The position numbers were made by a program, and so were the translations under genes. From a virus (Duplodnaviria > Heunggongvirae > Uroviricota > Caudoviricetes), in the IMG/VR virus record IMGVR_UViG_3300021438_000001, positions 39,453 to 103,452 of that record: a stretch of DNA of 64,000 bases. The stretch is one strand, 5' to 3'. Shown here one piece after another: positions 8,798 through 17,818 of the stretch (positions are counted from its first letter, which is position 1; every line of letters begins with the position of its first letter). Below the pieces are notes generated by a model. It did no database searches and had not been told where the DNA came from. It worked only from the letters and a program-made list of their open reading frames with translations.

Positions 8798-9616
8798 ATG
8801 GATACCGCAAAACTTCTCGAACTCATGAAGAACAAAAAGGCCGCGCTCAAGCCGAAAGACAAGACGATCAAGCCGTCCCCTGGCACCAATCGCTACGTCA
8901 TTCTCCCTGGCTGGCGCAAAGGCGAAGAGCATGTGTGGTATCACGACTTCGGCCAGCACTTCATCAAGAATGCCGCTGACGAAATTCAAGCCGTGTACCC
9001 CTGCAATGAAGCGATCTACGGCAAACCCTGCCCGATCTGCGAAAGTCTGAACCGCGCTATGCACGCCGCTTCGGACGACGAAACCACCGAACTGCTCAAG
9101 AAGGCAAAAGCTGGTCGCAGCTTCTTGCTGAACGTGCTGGCTCTGGATTCGGAAGACCCCAACACCCCTCAGATTCTCGAAGTCCGCACTACGGTCTTCG
9201 CGCAACTCGTGGACGCTGTTGAAAACTGGGCCGCGACGATCTTCGACCCCGAAGGCGCTCAAGTCGTGACTGTCGAACGTACTGGCAAGGGTTTGAACAC
9301 CAAGTACGCCGTGCAAGTCAGCCCCAAGAAGCAAGCTGTGCCCAAGTCGGCATACGAGAAGCTCCCCAACCTGGACGAGTACGTGCAGATGGAGAGCGAC
9401 GAACAAAAGCGCAAAGCTCTGTCCGCGATCTCGACTGTCGCCGGCATCCTGCCTGCACCGACCGCCGCTTCGAAGAACCCCGACCGCCCCTCGACGGCCG
9501 ATGTGAGCGATGCCACCCCTGGCACTGCCGCCTCGTTCAACGAGCGCGAAGACGCCAAGCCTACGGTGGCGCTCGACACCGAGCTTGACGATCTGTTGGG
9601 CGAGCTGGCCGAGTAA
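8798..9616 (+). CDS. T4 gp32-like single-stranded DNA-binding protein
   Basis: NRYVILPGW...HVWYHDFGQHFIK parallels the gp32 AVIRFLP...HGFKK core. Putative Zn ligands H..C..C-x2-C (CPICES). Acidic C-terminal tail. Confidence 0.6.
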   Translation: MDTAKLLELMKNKKAALKPKDKTIKPSPGTNRYVILPGWRKGEEHVWYHDFGQHFIKNAADEIQAVYPCNEAIYGKPCPICESLNRAMHAASDDETTELLKKAKAGRSFLLNVLALDSEDPNTPQILEVRTTVFAQLVDAVENWAATIFDPEGAQVVTVERTGKGLNTKYAVQVSPKKQAVPKSAYEKLPNLDEYVQMESDEQKRKALSAISTVAGILPAPTAASKNPDRPSTADVSDATPGTAASFNEREDAKPTVALDTELDDLLGELAE

Positions 9617-9631
9617 TTCAGTAGTGAAGGA

Positions 9632-10588
9632 ATGCACAGTCTGGGTATGAAAGTACCCAGATTGGGCTTCTTTACCTCTATGAATCCCAAGACAACGATC
9701 CTCATTGATGGCAACAGCGTCGGCTATGCCATGCACTACGGAACCAAGCTGACCGCTGGCGGCATTCAAACGCAAGCGGTCTTCGGCTTTGTAAAGGCGA
9801 TGCGCGAAATCCGTGTCGGTCGCCCACACGCTACGCCGCTGGTTCTTTGGGACGGTCGCGCTCAGTGGCGCTTCGACCTGAACCCCGACTACAAGAGCAA
9901 CCGCGACGACGACCCCAAGAAGGTCGCCATCAAGCAAGCCTACACCGAGCAAAAGCCGTACATCCAGGCTGCGCTTCAGCATCTTGGCATTCGTCAGATG
10001 CAGGCGGCAACGCACGAAGCTGACGATATGGCTGGCTATCTGACTCCCATGCTGGCTGAGAAGCCAGACACTGAGATCGAGCTGCTTTCAGGCGACCACG
10101 ACTGGATTCAACTCGTGCGCAGCAATGTCGTTTGGCGTGACCACCGCAACGAAACCAACGTCATCACGTTGGGCAACCTGTACGACAAGACTGGCTATAA
10201 GACGCCGCTGGCGTTCTTGGAGGGCAAGTGTCTCCAGGGTGACTCGTCTGACGTGATCAGCGGCGTGGGTGGCATCGGTGAGAAGGGCGCACCTGAGTTC
10301 TTGGCCGAGTTCGGCAGCGTTCGCAACTTCTGGGCGAAGTGCGACAGCGGCGAGTTCGTTCCCAAGAAGAAAGCTCACATCAAGCTGGCAAGCCCCGAAG
10401 GTCGCGCCATCTTTGGTCGCAACTTGCGCCTCATGCAGCTCATGAAGGTGCCCAAGCCTGCCAAAGAAGCGATCACGCTGACGCCAGGCAAGTTCGACAA
10501 GGACAAATTTGCTGACGTGTGCGGCGAGTTGGCCTTTGCGAGCATCCTCAAAAACTTGGACGTGTTCACCAAACCGTTCGAAAACTGA
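9632..10588 (+). CDS. RNase H / 5'-3' flap exonuclease (T4 rnh / FEN family)
   Basis: ILIDGNSV N-terminal motif and LSGDHDWIQL (compare T4 ISSDGDFTQL), H3TH-like region; start uncertain between 9632 and 9680. Confidence 0.7.
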   Translation: MHSLGMKVPRLGFFTSMNPKTTILIDGNSVGYAMHYGTKLTAGGIQTQAVFGFVKAMREIRVGRPHATPLVLWDGRAQWRFDLNPDYKSNRDDDPKKVAIKQAYTEQKPYIQAALQHLGIRQMQAATHEADDMAGYLTPMLAEKPDTEIELLSGDHDWIQLVRSNVVWRDHRNETNVITLGNLYDKTGYKTPLAFLEGKCLQGDSSDVISGVGGIGEKGAPEFLAEFGSVRNFWAKCDSGEFVPKKKAHIKLASPEGRAIFGRNLRLMQLMKVPKPAKEAITLTPGKFDKDKFADVCGELAFASILKNLDVFTKPFEN

Positions 10589-10597
10589 AAGAAAACA

Positions 10598-11605
10598 ATG
10601 TCCGCACTTACAGACCTCATCTCCACACTCGACAAAGAGATCGGCGCGAACGCCGGCAATCAACAAGTCTCCCGCTTCATTGACACTGGGTTTCCTCCGC
10701 TGAACAAGATCATGTCCGGTCGCTACGACGGCGGTCTGCCTTGCGGTCGCATGGTGGAAATGTTCGGTGACTCCTCGACTGGTAAGACGGCTCTGGCGAC
10801 TCAGTGGATGGTGCAAGCTCAGAAGATGGGCGGCGTTGCCGGCTTCATCGACTGGGAGCGTTCCTTCGACGTGAGCCTTGCTGAAGGCTTCGGTCTGAAC
10901 GCCGAGCGTCCCTACTGGCTCTACTTCAAGCCGAAGACTTGGGAAGAGGGCAACGTGGTCGCTGCGAAAGCCTGCAAGCTCATTCGTGAGAGCAAGGCTG
11001 TCAAAGAAGACGCGCCCATCCTGTTCGTGTTCGACTCCATCGCCGCTGCTTTGCCCAAGTCACAAGCGGAGAAGGAGATTGACGAGTACACGATGAACGA
11101 CACCACCGCGCTGGCTCGCGTTACCTCGACCACGCTCAAGGCGATGGCGCAGCACTGCGAGGAGTACAACGCGACTTTCCTGTACCTCAATCAGATGCGT
11201 CTGAAGCCTGGCGTCGTCTACGGCGACCCCCGTACAACCCCTGGCGGTCGTGCGATGGAGTACTACGCTACCTGCCGCCTGGCGCTCGGTCGTCAGAAGA
11301 TCATGGAGCAGCGTGATGGCGACAAAGAGTTCATTGGACAGAACATTTCGATCCAATGCACCAAGTCGAAAATGACCAAGCCGTTCCAAGAGACTTCGCT
11401 TCGCATGACTTTCGACGATGCGGGCGTGGCCCACTTCGACACGATCATTTCGCTGCTGGAGTATCTGATCGCCAACAAGCTGATTACATACAGCAAGCCT
11501 CGTGCAACGTGGACAGACGGTAAGCAATACTTCGTCAAGGCACTCGCTGAGAAAATCCGCGACGAAGGTAAGTTCGCCGAACTGGTCGCAATGTTGCCAA
11601 CCTGA
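10598..11605 (+). CDS. UvsX/RecA-family recombinase
   Basis: IDTGFPPLNKIMSG..GLPCGRMVEMFGDSSTGKTALA parallels the RecA ISTGSLSLDIALGAGGLP.GRIVEIYGPESSGKTT region. Confidence 0.75.
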   Translation: MSALTDLISTLDKEIGANAGNQQVSRFIDTGFPPLNKIMSGRYDGGLPCGRMVEMFGDSSTGKTALATQWMVQAQKMGGVAGFIDWERSFDVSLAEGFGLNAERPYWLYFKPKTWEEGNVVAAKACKLIRESKAVKEDAPILFVFDSIAAALPKSQAEKEIDEYTMNDTTALARVTSTTLKAMAQHCEEYNATFLYLNQMRLKPGVVYGDPRTTPGGRAMEYYATCRLALGRQKIMEQRDGDKEFIGQNISIQCTKSKMTKPFQETSLRMTFDDAGVAHFDTIISLLEYLIANKLITYSKPRATWTDGKQYFVKALAEKIRDEGKFAELVAMLPT

Positions 11606-11653
11606 CCATTTCAAAACCAGCTCTATACTTGGGGTAACTCAAGTAGGAGCTGC

Positions 11654-12001
11654 ATGGAAATTCAGGTCATCGGTTTTATCCCACCGATCAAGGGGATTGA
11701 TGGAGACTTCAATACCTTCAGAATGGGTCGCAGGCTTGCAAAGCTGCCCGAAGGTATTGAAGTGTTCCTGATGGATGAGAAAAGAAAGGTCGTCATCGGC
11801 AAGGCGAAAGTTCTGTCGGTAACGGTCGGAAGTTTGGATGAGTTGTGCGTTCTATATGGAGCGCAGAACCACACAGAGATTGGGCAAGGCTCTGAGAATC
11901 CGGCACAGAGTTTGTATCGGACGATTCTCAGAATCTATGGGCCACATTTGGTCAACCCCAAGAAGGTTTTTACTGTCATCAGTCTTAGGAGAATCGAGTA
12001 G
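11654..12001 (+). CDS. hypothetical protein (possible ASCH/PUA-like beta-barrel)
   Basis: 115-aa ORF; RBS GTAGGAG; locally lower GC. Confidence 0.4.
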   Translation: MEIQVIGFIPPIKGIDGDFNTFRMGRRLAKLPEGIEVFLMDEKRKVVIGKAKVLSVTVGSLDELCVLYGAQNHTEIGQGSENPAQSLYRTILRIYGPHLVNPKKVFTVISLRRIE

Positions 12002-12363
12002 TGAAATTTCAGCCACACAAAGTCAACTTCAAACACTGTGGCTGCTACTACGAACTCGATGATGGCAGAGGCGTGTACTTGGCTCACCGCCGGTACAGCG
12101 CCGTATATCGCAAGCGCAACGCATGGTGTGTGGAGCGCATTGCTTTGGAAGAGGCGAGAAGTCGCGGTTATCTGGCAGCCGGTGTAGCGGTTCGTGATGG
12201 AAAGAAGACGTACTACTTCCTCACGAACATTGAGGATTGGTTTGGAGAACACTCGTTCGTCAACCCTGACAACATCCTTCAGCGCGGTCTGCCGCTGAAC
12301 CGCTTTCTGATTACGCCATCTTCGAGCAGGGAGAATGTAGATGCAGCGATGCGTCTCCGGTGA
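12001..12363 (+). CDS. hypothetical protein
   Basis: 120-aa ORF starting at GTG; weak support. Confidence 0.3.
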   Translation: MKFQPHKVNFKHCGCYYELDDGRGVYLAHRRYSAVYRKRNAWCVERIALEEARSRGYLAAGVAVRDGKKTYYFLTNIEDWFGEHSFVNPDNILQRGLPLNRFLITPSSSRENVDAAMRLR

Positions 12364-12422
12364 AAACGCTTCAATGCCCTGGGGTAGCGCAGTACGATAA
12401 GAACAACAACGAAAGGTAAGAA

Positions 12423-12833
12423 ATGATTTTAGAGTCCGCTTTGCTATGTATGGCCCTGAACATTTATCACGAAGCTCGTGGTGAAATGATTCCAGGGCAA
12501 TACGCTGTCGCCCAAGTGACGATGAATCGAGCTGGCAACAGTGAGAACGTCTGCAAGACCGTTACCGCCAAGAATCAATTTTCTTGGACGAAGACGATGG
12601 TGCAGAAGAAGAGCGGACGCTTTTACCTGAAAGACAACGGACTGCCGTTCGATGACTACGCCTGGCAGAAGGCAACACGAATCGCGCAAGTGGTTCTAAC
12701 TCAGCGCGTTGGAGACTTCACGCACGGTGGCGCGACTGCATACCACGCGACCAACGTGTATCCAATTTGGCGTCACAGTTATGTGAAGACCGCAACAATC
12801 GGTCGCCACATTTTTTATCGTGAAAAGACATAA
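12423..12833 (+). CDS. SleB-like cell-wall hydrolase (Hydrolase_2 family)
   Basis: ALNIYHEARGE ... AVAQVTMNR signature; RBS AAAGGTAAG. Confidence 0.7.
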   Translation: MILESALLCMALNIYHEARGEMIPGQYAVAQVTMNRAGNSENVCKTVTAKNQFSWTKTMVQKKSGRFYLKDNGLPFDDYAWQKATRIAQVVLTQRVGDFTHGGATAYHATNVYPIWRHSYVKTATIGRHIFYREKT

Positions 12834-12854
12834 GTCATTACTGACAGGAGAAAC

Positions 12855-13910
12855 ATGAAACCCTTTGGACTCATTTCGGACACGCACCACCACAACTGGT
12901 CGTCGTTCGCCACAACCCTCGCATCAGGCGTCAACAGTCGCCTTCAACAAATCTTGGACGAGACGCAACGCTGCGCAACGGAGGTCGGTGCTGCTGGCGG
13001 TGACACGATCATTCATGCCGGCGATCTCTTTCACGTTCGCGGCAGCGTTGCGCCTTCGGTGCTGAACCCCACGCTGGCTCTCTACAAGAAGCTCGTGGAA
13101 GAGGGCTTCAAGATCATCATCAACGCTGGCAACCATGACCTCGAAGGCAAGGACGCAAGTGACCTCGGTTCAGCCATTACCGCGCTCAAGGAAGTCGGCT
13201 GTCAGGTGATCAACAAGCCGACCGCAATCCCAGGCAGCAATCTGTTTCTCGTTCCGTACATTGCAAACAATGAGCAACTGAAAGCGACGCTGGAGAAGCT
13301 GCAAGACGAAACCGATGCGCCAAACTGCGATCTCGTGATCCATGCCGGCATCGACGGTGTGATCAAGGGTCTTCCGAACCACGGTCTTGACGCTGGCTAC
13401 CTGTCCAAGCTCAAGTTCAATCGCATCTTCGCGGGTCACTACCACCACCACAAGAAGCTGGCAGATCGCGTCTGGAGCATCGGCGCTCTGACGCACCAGA
13501 CTTGGGGCGACATTGGCACCAAAGCTGGTTTTGTGATCGTCAATGGAAGCGACGTGACCTGGCGCTCCACACGCGCACCCCAGTTCGTTGAGGTGGACGG
13601 CACGATGTCGCCTGAAGACATTGCGCTGGTCGTGGATGGCAACTACGTCCGAGCCAAGACCTACTCAGGCAAAGGCGCGGAGCTGGAGAAGCTGCGCAAG
13701 TTCCTCGAAGACAGCGGCGCGAAGGGCGTCACCGTCATCGCTCAACCGGACACAGGCGTGACTCGCATTGCGTCCAGCGTCAAGGCTGGCGCATCACTGG
13801 AAGTCAGCGTCTCTGACTTCATCAAGGCATCTGATTTCGAAGGTAAGGAGGAGCTTGACCGCATGTGCCAAGCAATTCTTGCCGAAGCACGTATGGAGGA
13901 AGCGGCATGA
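12855..13910 (+). CDS. Mre11/SbcD-like nuclease (T4 gp47-like)
   Basis: Metallophosphoesterase motifs DTHHH, HAGDLFH, GNHD; followed by a Rad50-like gene. Confidence 0.8.
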   Translation: MKPFGLISDTHHHNWSSFATTLASGVNSRLQQILDETQRCATEVGAAGGDTIIHAGDLFHVRGSVAPSVLNPTLALYKKLVEEGFKIIINAGNHDLEGKDASDLGSAITALKEVGCQVINKPTAIPGSNLFLVPYIANNEQLKATLEKLQDETDAPNCDLVIHAGIDGVIKGLPNHGLDAGYLSKLKFNRIFAGHYHHHKKLADRVWSIGALTHQTWGDIGTKAGFVIVNGSDVTWRSTRAPQFVEVDGTMSPEDIALVVDGNYVRAKTYSGKGAELEKLRKFLEDSGAKGVTVIAQPDTGVTRIASSVKAGASLEVSVSDFIKASDFEGKEELDRMCQAILAEARMEEAA

Positions 13911-15856
13911 ACATCACCAAGGTCGTCATCGACAATTTCCTGACACTGAAGTCAGCCACCATCGAACTGTCTGATCGCGGCTTGCTGCTGATTCAGGGGG
14001 CGAACAAAGACGATTCGTCCGCCGATTCGAACGGCGCAGGCAAGTCGTCCATCGCTGACGCAATCTGTTGGGGTATCTTTGGTGTCACGGCTCGCGGCGT
14101 CGCCACAGATGCGGTGGTCAACAAGCTGGCGAAGAAAGACTGCGCAGTGGAGGTCTACTTGCAGGACGGCACGGATGAGTACCGCATCACGCGCTACCGC
14201 AAGCACTCAGTCCACAAGAATCAGACCTTTGTCCACAAGAAAGACCCGTCGCCTGGCACCGTGCCAATCGACATGCACAAGGGCACCGAGAAGGAAACTC
14301 AAGAGGTGATCAACCGCCTGATCGGTTGCACTCTCGAAGTCTTCCAAGCTGCGGTGTATGCCGGTCAAGAGAAGATGCCTGATCTGCCAGCGATGACGGA
14401 CAAACAACTGAAGCTCATGATCGAGGAGGCTGCCGGCGTCGAGGTGCTGTCACGAGCGCACACAAAGGCGCGTGAAAAGCTCAACGAAGCCACTCGCACC
14501 CAGGCTGAGATCAAGACCGCCATGTCTGTCAAAGAGTCCTTGCGCGACTCGTTGGCCGTAGAGTTCAAGAATGCCACTGATGAAGCGGCCAATTTCGAAG
14601 CGCAGCGCAAGCCCAACGCAAAGGCGGAGCTTGCGAAGGCAGTGCCGTTGCAGGCCACGCTGAACGAGGTGGAAGAGAAGATCAAGACTGAACTGGCGGT
14701 TGATCGCGGCGCGGAGCTGCTGACCATTGCCAAGACGTTCGCTGACCTCAAGCACGAGCGCGACAAGCTGGACACGCTCAACGCCGAAGCTGTCGTCAAG
14801 TCCAAAGCTCTGGCAACTGCGGAGTCGGTGGCTCGCTTGCTCAAGACAGCCCACACCAGCGCGGTAGAGGCTCTGCGAACCGTCGATGACAAAGTTGGCC
14901 AGCCTTGCGGTGAGTGCGGCAAAGCATACTGCGAACACGACATTGAAGCGGCCAAGAAGCTGCGCGAGGCTGACCTTGCCGATGCAACTGCGAAGCTGCG
15001 GGCCGCTGCTACGCAATTGAAGAACGCGAAAACCGAATCAGATGCAGCTCAGAACGCTGCCACTGCGTATAAGTCAACAATGACTGATGTAACCGTACTG
15101 GCTGCGCGTCAAGCGGTTTTGCAGCGTGAGCTGGACGAGATCAAGACCATGCAGACCCAGGCGGCAACCCTTCAGACGCAGATTGACAAGATCAAGGCGA
15201 ACGCGAAGGTGTTCCTGACACGCGAGAACACCTACAACAAGGTGCGCGAGTCCATCGAAGCGCGTCACAAAGCGGCAGCTCAAGAGGTTTCGGATATGGC
15301 TGCAAAGCTGATTGACGCTGAGAAGGCGGTTGCGCTTGCGGACAACGTGGTCAAGGTCTTCGGCCCAAGCGGTGTACGGGCGCACGTCCTCGACACTGTG
15401 ACGCCATACCTGAACGACCGGACGAGCCACTACCTGTCGTCGCTGGCTGACGGCAACATCAAGGCGGTCTGGAACACGCTGACCAAGAACGCGAAGGGCG
15501 AGCTGAAGGAGAAGTTCAGCATCGAAGTCGTGAACGAGAAGGGTGCCGAATCGTTCGAGGGTCTATCAGGCGGTGAGAAGCGCAAGGTGCGCCTGTCTAC
15601 CGCGATGGCGCTGCAAGACATGGTTGCCTCTCGCGCTACCAAGCCGATCAACATCTTCGTCGCCGACGAGGTGGATCACGCCCTCGATGAGTCCGGTCTT
15701 GAGCGCCTGATGACGGTGCTGAACGACAAGGCAAAAGAGCGCGGTACGGTGCTGGTGATCAGCCACAACTCTCTGTCTGATTGGATCGACAACGTGATCA
15801 CGGTGACGAAGGAAAGCGGCTATGGAACGGTTTCAGGAGCCACCAGTGCCAGCTAA
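13907..15856 (+). CDS. Rad50/SbcC-like ATPase (T4 gp46-like)
   Basis: Walker A GANKDDSSADSNGAGKSS, CxxC zinc hook (QPCGECGKAYCEHD) in the coiled coil, ABC signature LSGGEKRKV, Walker B IFVADEVD; ATGA-coupled start. Confidence 0.85.
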   Translation: MNITKVVIDNFLTLKSATIELSDRGLLLIQGANKDDSSADSNGAGKSSIADAICWGIFGVTARGVATDAVVNKLAKKDCAVEVYLQDGTDEYRITRYRKHSVHKNQTFVHKKDPSPGTVPIDMHKGTEKETQEVINRLIGCTLEVFQAAVYAGQEKMPDLPAMTDKQLKLMIEEAAGVEVLSRAHTKAREKLNEATRTQAEIKTAMSVKESLRDSLAVEFKNATDEAANFEAQRKPNAKAELAKAVPLQATLNEVEEKIKTELAVDRGAELLTIAKTFADLKHERDKLDTLNAEAVVKSKALATAESVARLLKTAHTSAVEALRTVDDKVGQPCGECGKAYCEHDIEAAKKLREADLADATAKLRAAATQLKNAKTESDAAQNAATAYKSTMTDVTVLAARQAVLQRELDEIKTMQTQAATLQTQIDKIKANAKVFLTRENTYNKVRESIEARHKAAAQEVSDMAAKLIDAEKAVALADNVVKVFGPSGVRAHVLDTVTPYLNDRTSHYLSSLADGNIKAVWNTLTKNAKGELKEKFSIEVVNEKGAESFEGLSGGEKRKVRLSTAMALQDMVASRATKPINIFVADEVDHALDESGLERLMTVLNDKAKERGTVLVISHNSLSDWIDNVITVTKESGYGTVSGATSAS

Positions 15857-16436
15857 GTCGTTTGCGGAACTTGTCAAAGAGTTCCTCAATTCACCAGGGT
15901 ATAGTACGTCAGAAGTGACTAAGTACGGTGGGCATGACGAATACATGAAAGAGCTGTCCACTCGCAACATTGAAAGCAAAACAACGATGCCACCAACCGA
16001 ACCAAAGATTGAGGCGACAGACGCCGCACCATCTGAGATCGACACCATCGCGGCCGAGTACACCGCCGCCTTCGAGAAGTCCGACGAAACCTTCATGCTC
16101 GGCGAGCCGCTGACGCTCACGGTGCTGAAGGACAAGGGCTACTCGAAGGCGCCGCACGTCGGCTCCGAAGACTTCAAGCCTGTGCGCGCCTACATGGGCA
16201 AGCGCGGCAAGATGATCTTTGTGTTCAAGCCTGTGATGGTGACGAACTACAAAGAAATGGAGATGGAGGAGAGTCAGGCGCTCAAGAGCCTGCTCGGCTT
16301 CAAAGAGTTCCTGAACGAACACCTCAAGTCTGTGGTCGAGCGCCTGAAAGAGACTCGCATCGAACTGGCGGCAGAAGCGGAGCGCAAGAGCCTCGCTGAC
16401 CGATACGAAACCTATGAAGGCTTCGGATCGTGGTAG
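15822..16436 (+). CDS. hypothetical acidic protein
   Basis: 204-aa ORF; RBS GAAGGAAAG before the ATG. Confidence 0.4.
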   Translation: MERFQEPPVPAKSFAELVKEFLNSPGYSTSEVTKYGGHDEYMKELSTRNIESKTTMPPTEPKIEATDAAPSEIDTIAAEYTAAFEKSDETFMLGEPLTLTVLKDKGYSKAPHVGSEDFKPVRAYMGKRGKMIFVFKPVMVTNYKEMEMEESQALKSLLGFKEFLNEHLKSVVERLKETRIELAAEAERKSLADRYETYEGFGSW

Positions 16437-16651
16437 TCGAAGCCGCATTTGAGCAGGCCAAGTATCAAACAGGCGGCAGCCGTCACCGCGATTGGGAAGT
16501 AGTACTCACGCTGCGCATGTCGCCAGACGAAGCGCAGAAGTTCCAGAACGCCCTGATGAACCGAACCAGCCACCTGATACACCTCAACATCCAGTCAGCT
16601 CTTTCAGAAGAGGACACCCCAACAACACCAACAGAAAAGGATCATTGGTAA
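16430..16651 (+). CDS. hypothetical small protein
   Basis: GTG start overlapping the previous stop; fills the gap to the RuvC-like gene. Confidence 0.2.
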   Translation: MVVEAAFEQAKYQTGGSRHRDWEVVLTLRMSPDEAQKFQNALMNRTSHLIHLNIQSALSEEDTPTTPTEKDHW

Positions 16652-17220
16652 TGAGAATTATTGGCATCGACCCATCGCTGCGAAACTTCGGCATCGTTCA
16701 AGCCGAGCTGGACCCGCAGACTCTGGACTTCAAGATCGGCGAAATGCGCCTGGTTGAGTCCGAGGACAACGCGACCAAGGCGAAGACGGTTCGCAAGAAC
16801 TCCGACGACCTTCGACGCGCTTCCATCCTCTTCGAAGGCATGGTTGAAGCAGTGAAGGGTGCTTCCTTTGCGTTCGTTGAGGTGCCTGTCGGCTCTCAAA
16901 GCGCACGAGCTATGGCGTCATACGGCATTTGTATCGGTGTGTTGGCTGCTTGCCCCATTCCGATCATTCAAGTCACGCCAGGCGAGGTCAAACAGGCTGC
17001 CACCGGCTACAAGACCGCTGAGAAGTCGGAGATGATCGCTGCTGCCGTCAAAGAGTTCCCCGAAGCCAAGTGGCTGACTCGCAAGGTCAAAGGCGAAGTC
17101 AAGCTGGTCAACGACAACGAACACTTGGCTGACGCCTGTTACGCAATCAAGGCCGGTCTGCGCTCGGCCGAGTTCAAGTCGGCGCTGGCAATGTTTCGAG
17201 CTGCTCATTCTGCCGCCTGA
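16651..17220 (+). CDS. RuvC-like Holliday junction resolvase
   Basis: N-terminus MRIIGIDPSLRNFGIV is RuvC-like (MIILGIDPG...GYGV). Start trimmed from the track start (16492) to the ATG with RBS AAAGGA. Confidence 0.55.
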   Translation: MRIIGIDPSLRNFGIVQAELDPQTLDFKIGEMRLVESEDNATKAKTVRKNSDDLRRASILFEGMVEAVKGASFAFVEVPVGSQSARAMASYGICIGVLAACPIPIIQVTPGEVKQAATGYKTAEKSEMIAAAVKEFPEAKWLTRKVKGEVKLVNDNEHLADACYAIKAGLRSAEFKSALAMFRAAHSAA

Positions 17221-17250
17221 CAGTCAGTCACCCGTGACTAGACTATAAGC

Positions 17251-17739
17251 ATGATTGACCCAAATGACTCCGCAGTAGTGATCGAGGAAAGGTGGCGTGT
17301 GCAACCAACAATGGCAAGCAACACGCTGCAAATCTCCATCGACAAGATCGACCTGTACCGCGCCGCTGACGCGCAAATGGCTAACGAAGCGGCGATGCGC
17401 AAGTTGCATCACGCCATTCTGAGAGATACGCCTGGCTGTGCCGGCTGCCAAAACCTGAAGGTCGAACGCACGGAAGACCTGATGCGTATGGCAGACAGGA
17501 TCGTCGTGCGCTGCAAGCACTACGGCATGGTCAACATTCGCTGTCCAGATGGCACAACCTTGGCGCGACGAGGTGACGAGTACGGCGTCCTGAGCTTCGA
17601 AGCAACAGGGCCGGCAACGATGCCTCCAGGCAATGAGAGTTGGCTCGACATCATCCCTGAACGCCAGGTGATCGTGAAGCGGCCAAACCTTATACAGCGC
17701 AGCCCAGATCAGCCTACGACCGCCTCAGACGCTTGGTAG
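17251..17739 (+). CDS. hypothetical protein
   Basis: 162-aa ORF. Confidence 0.4.
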   Translation: MIDPNDSAVVIEERWRVQPTMASNTLQISIDKIDLYRAADAQMANEAAMRKLHHAILRDTPGCAGCQNLKVERTEDLMRMADRIVVRCKHYGMVNIRCPDGTTLARRGDEYGVLSFEATGPATMPPGNESWLDIIPERQVIVKRPNLIQRSPDQPTTASDAW

Positions 17740-17818
17740 CGTCCTTATATGGTAAGTCACGACTGACTGCCGTAGAATCACCGTCCCCCGATTTCTAAAC
17801 AACAACAAAAGGAGTTCT

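Noticed and set aside
8771-10015. Long minus-strand ORFs lying antisense inside well-supported + strand genes (also 4436..5773, 18434..20194, 29886..30608, 62048..63700, 2240..2995, 8771..10015)
   Set aside because: They are high-GC antisense reading frames with Arg/Leu/Val-rich low-complexity translations, no RBS, and complete overlap with genes that carry clear motifs (DnaE, RNR, gp32, ligase, portal).
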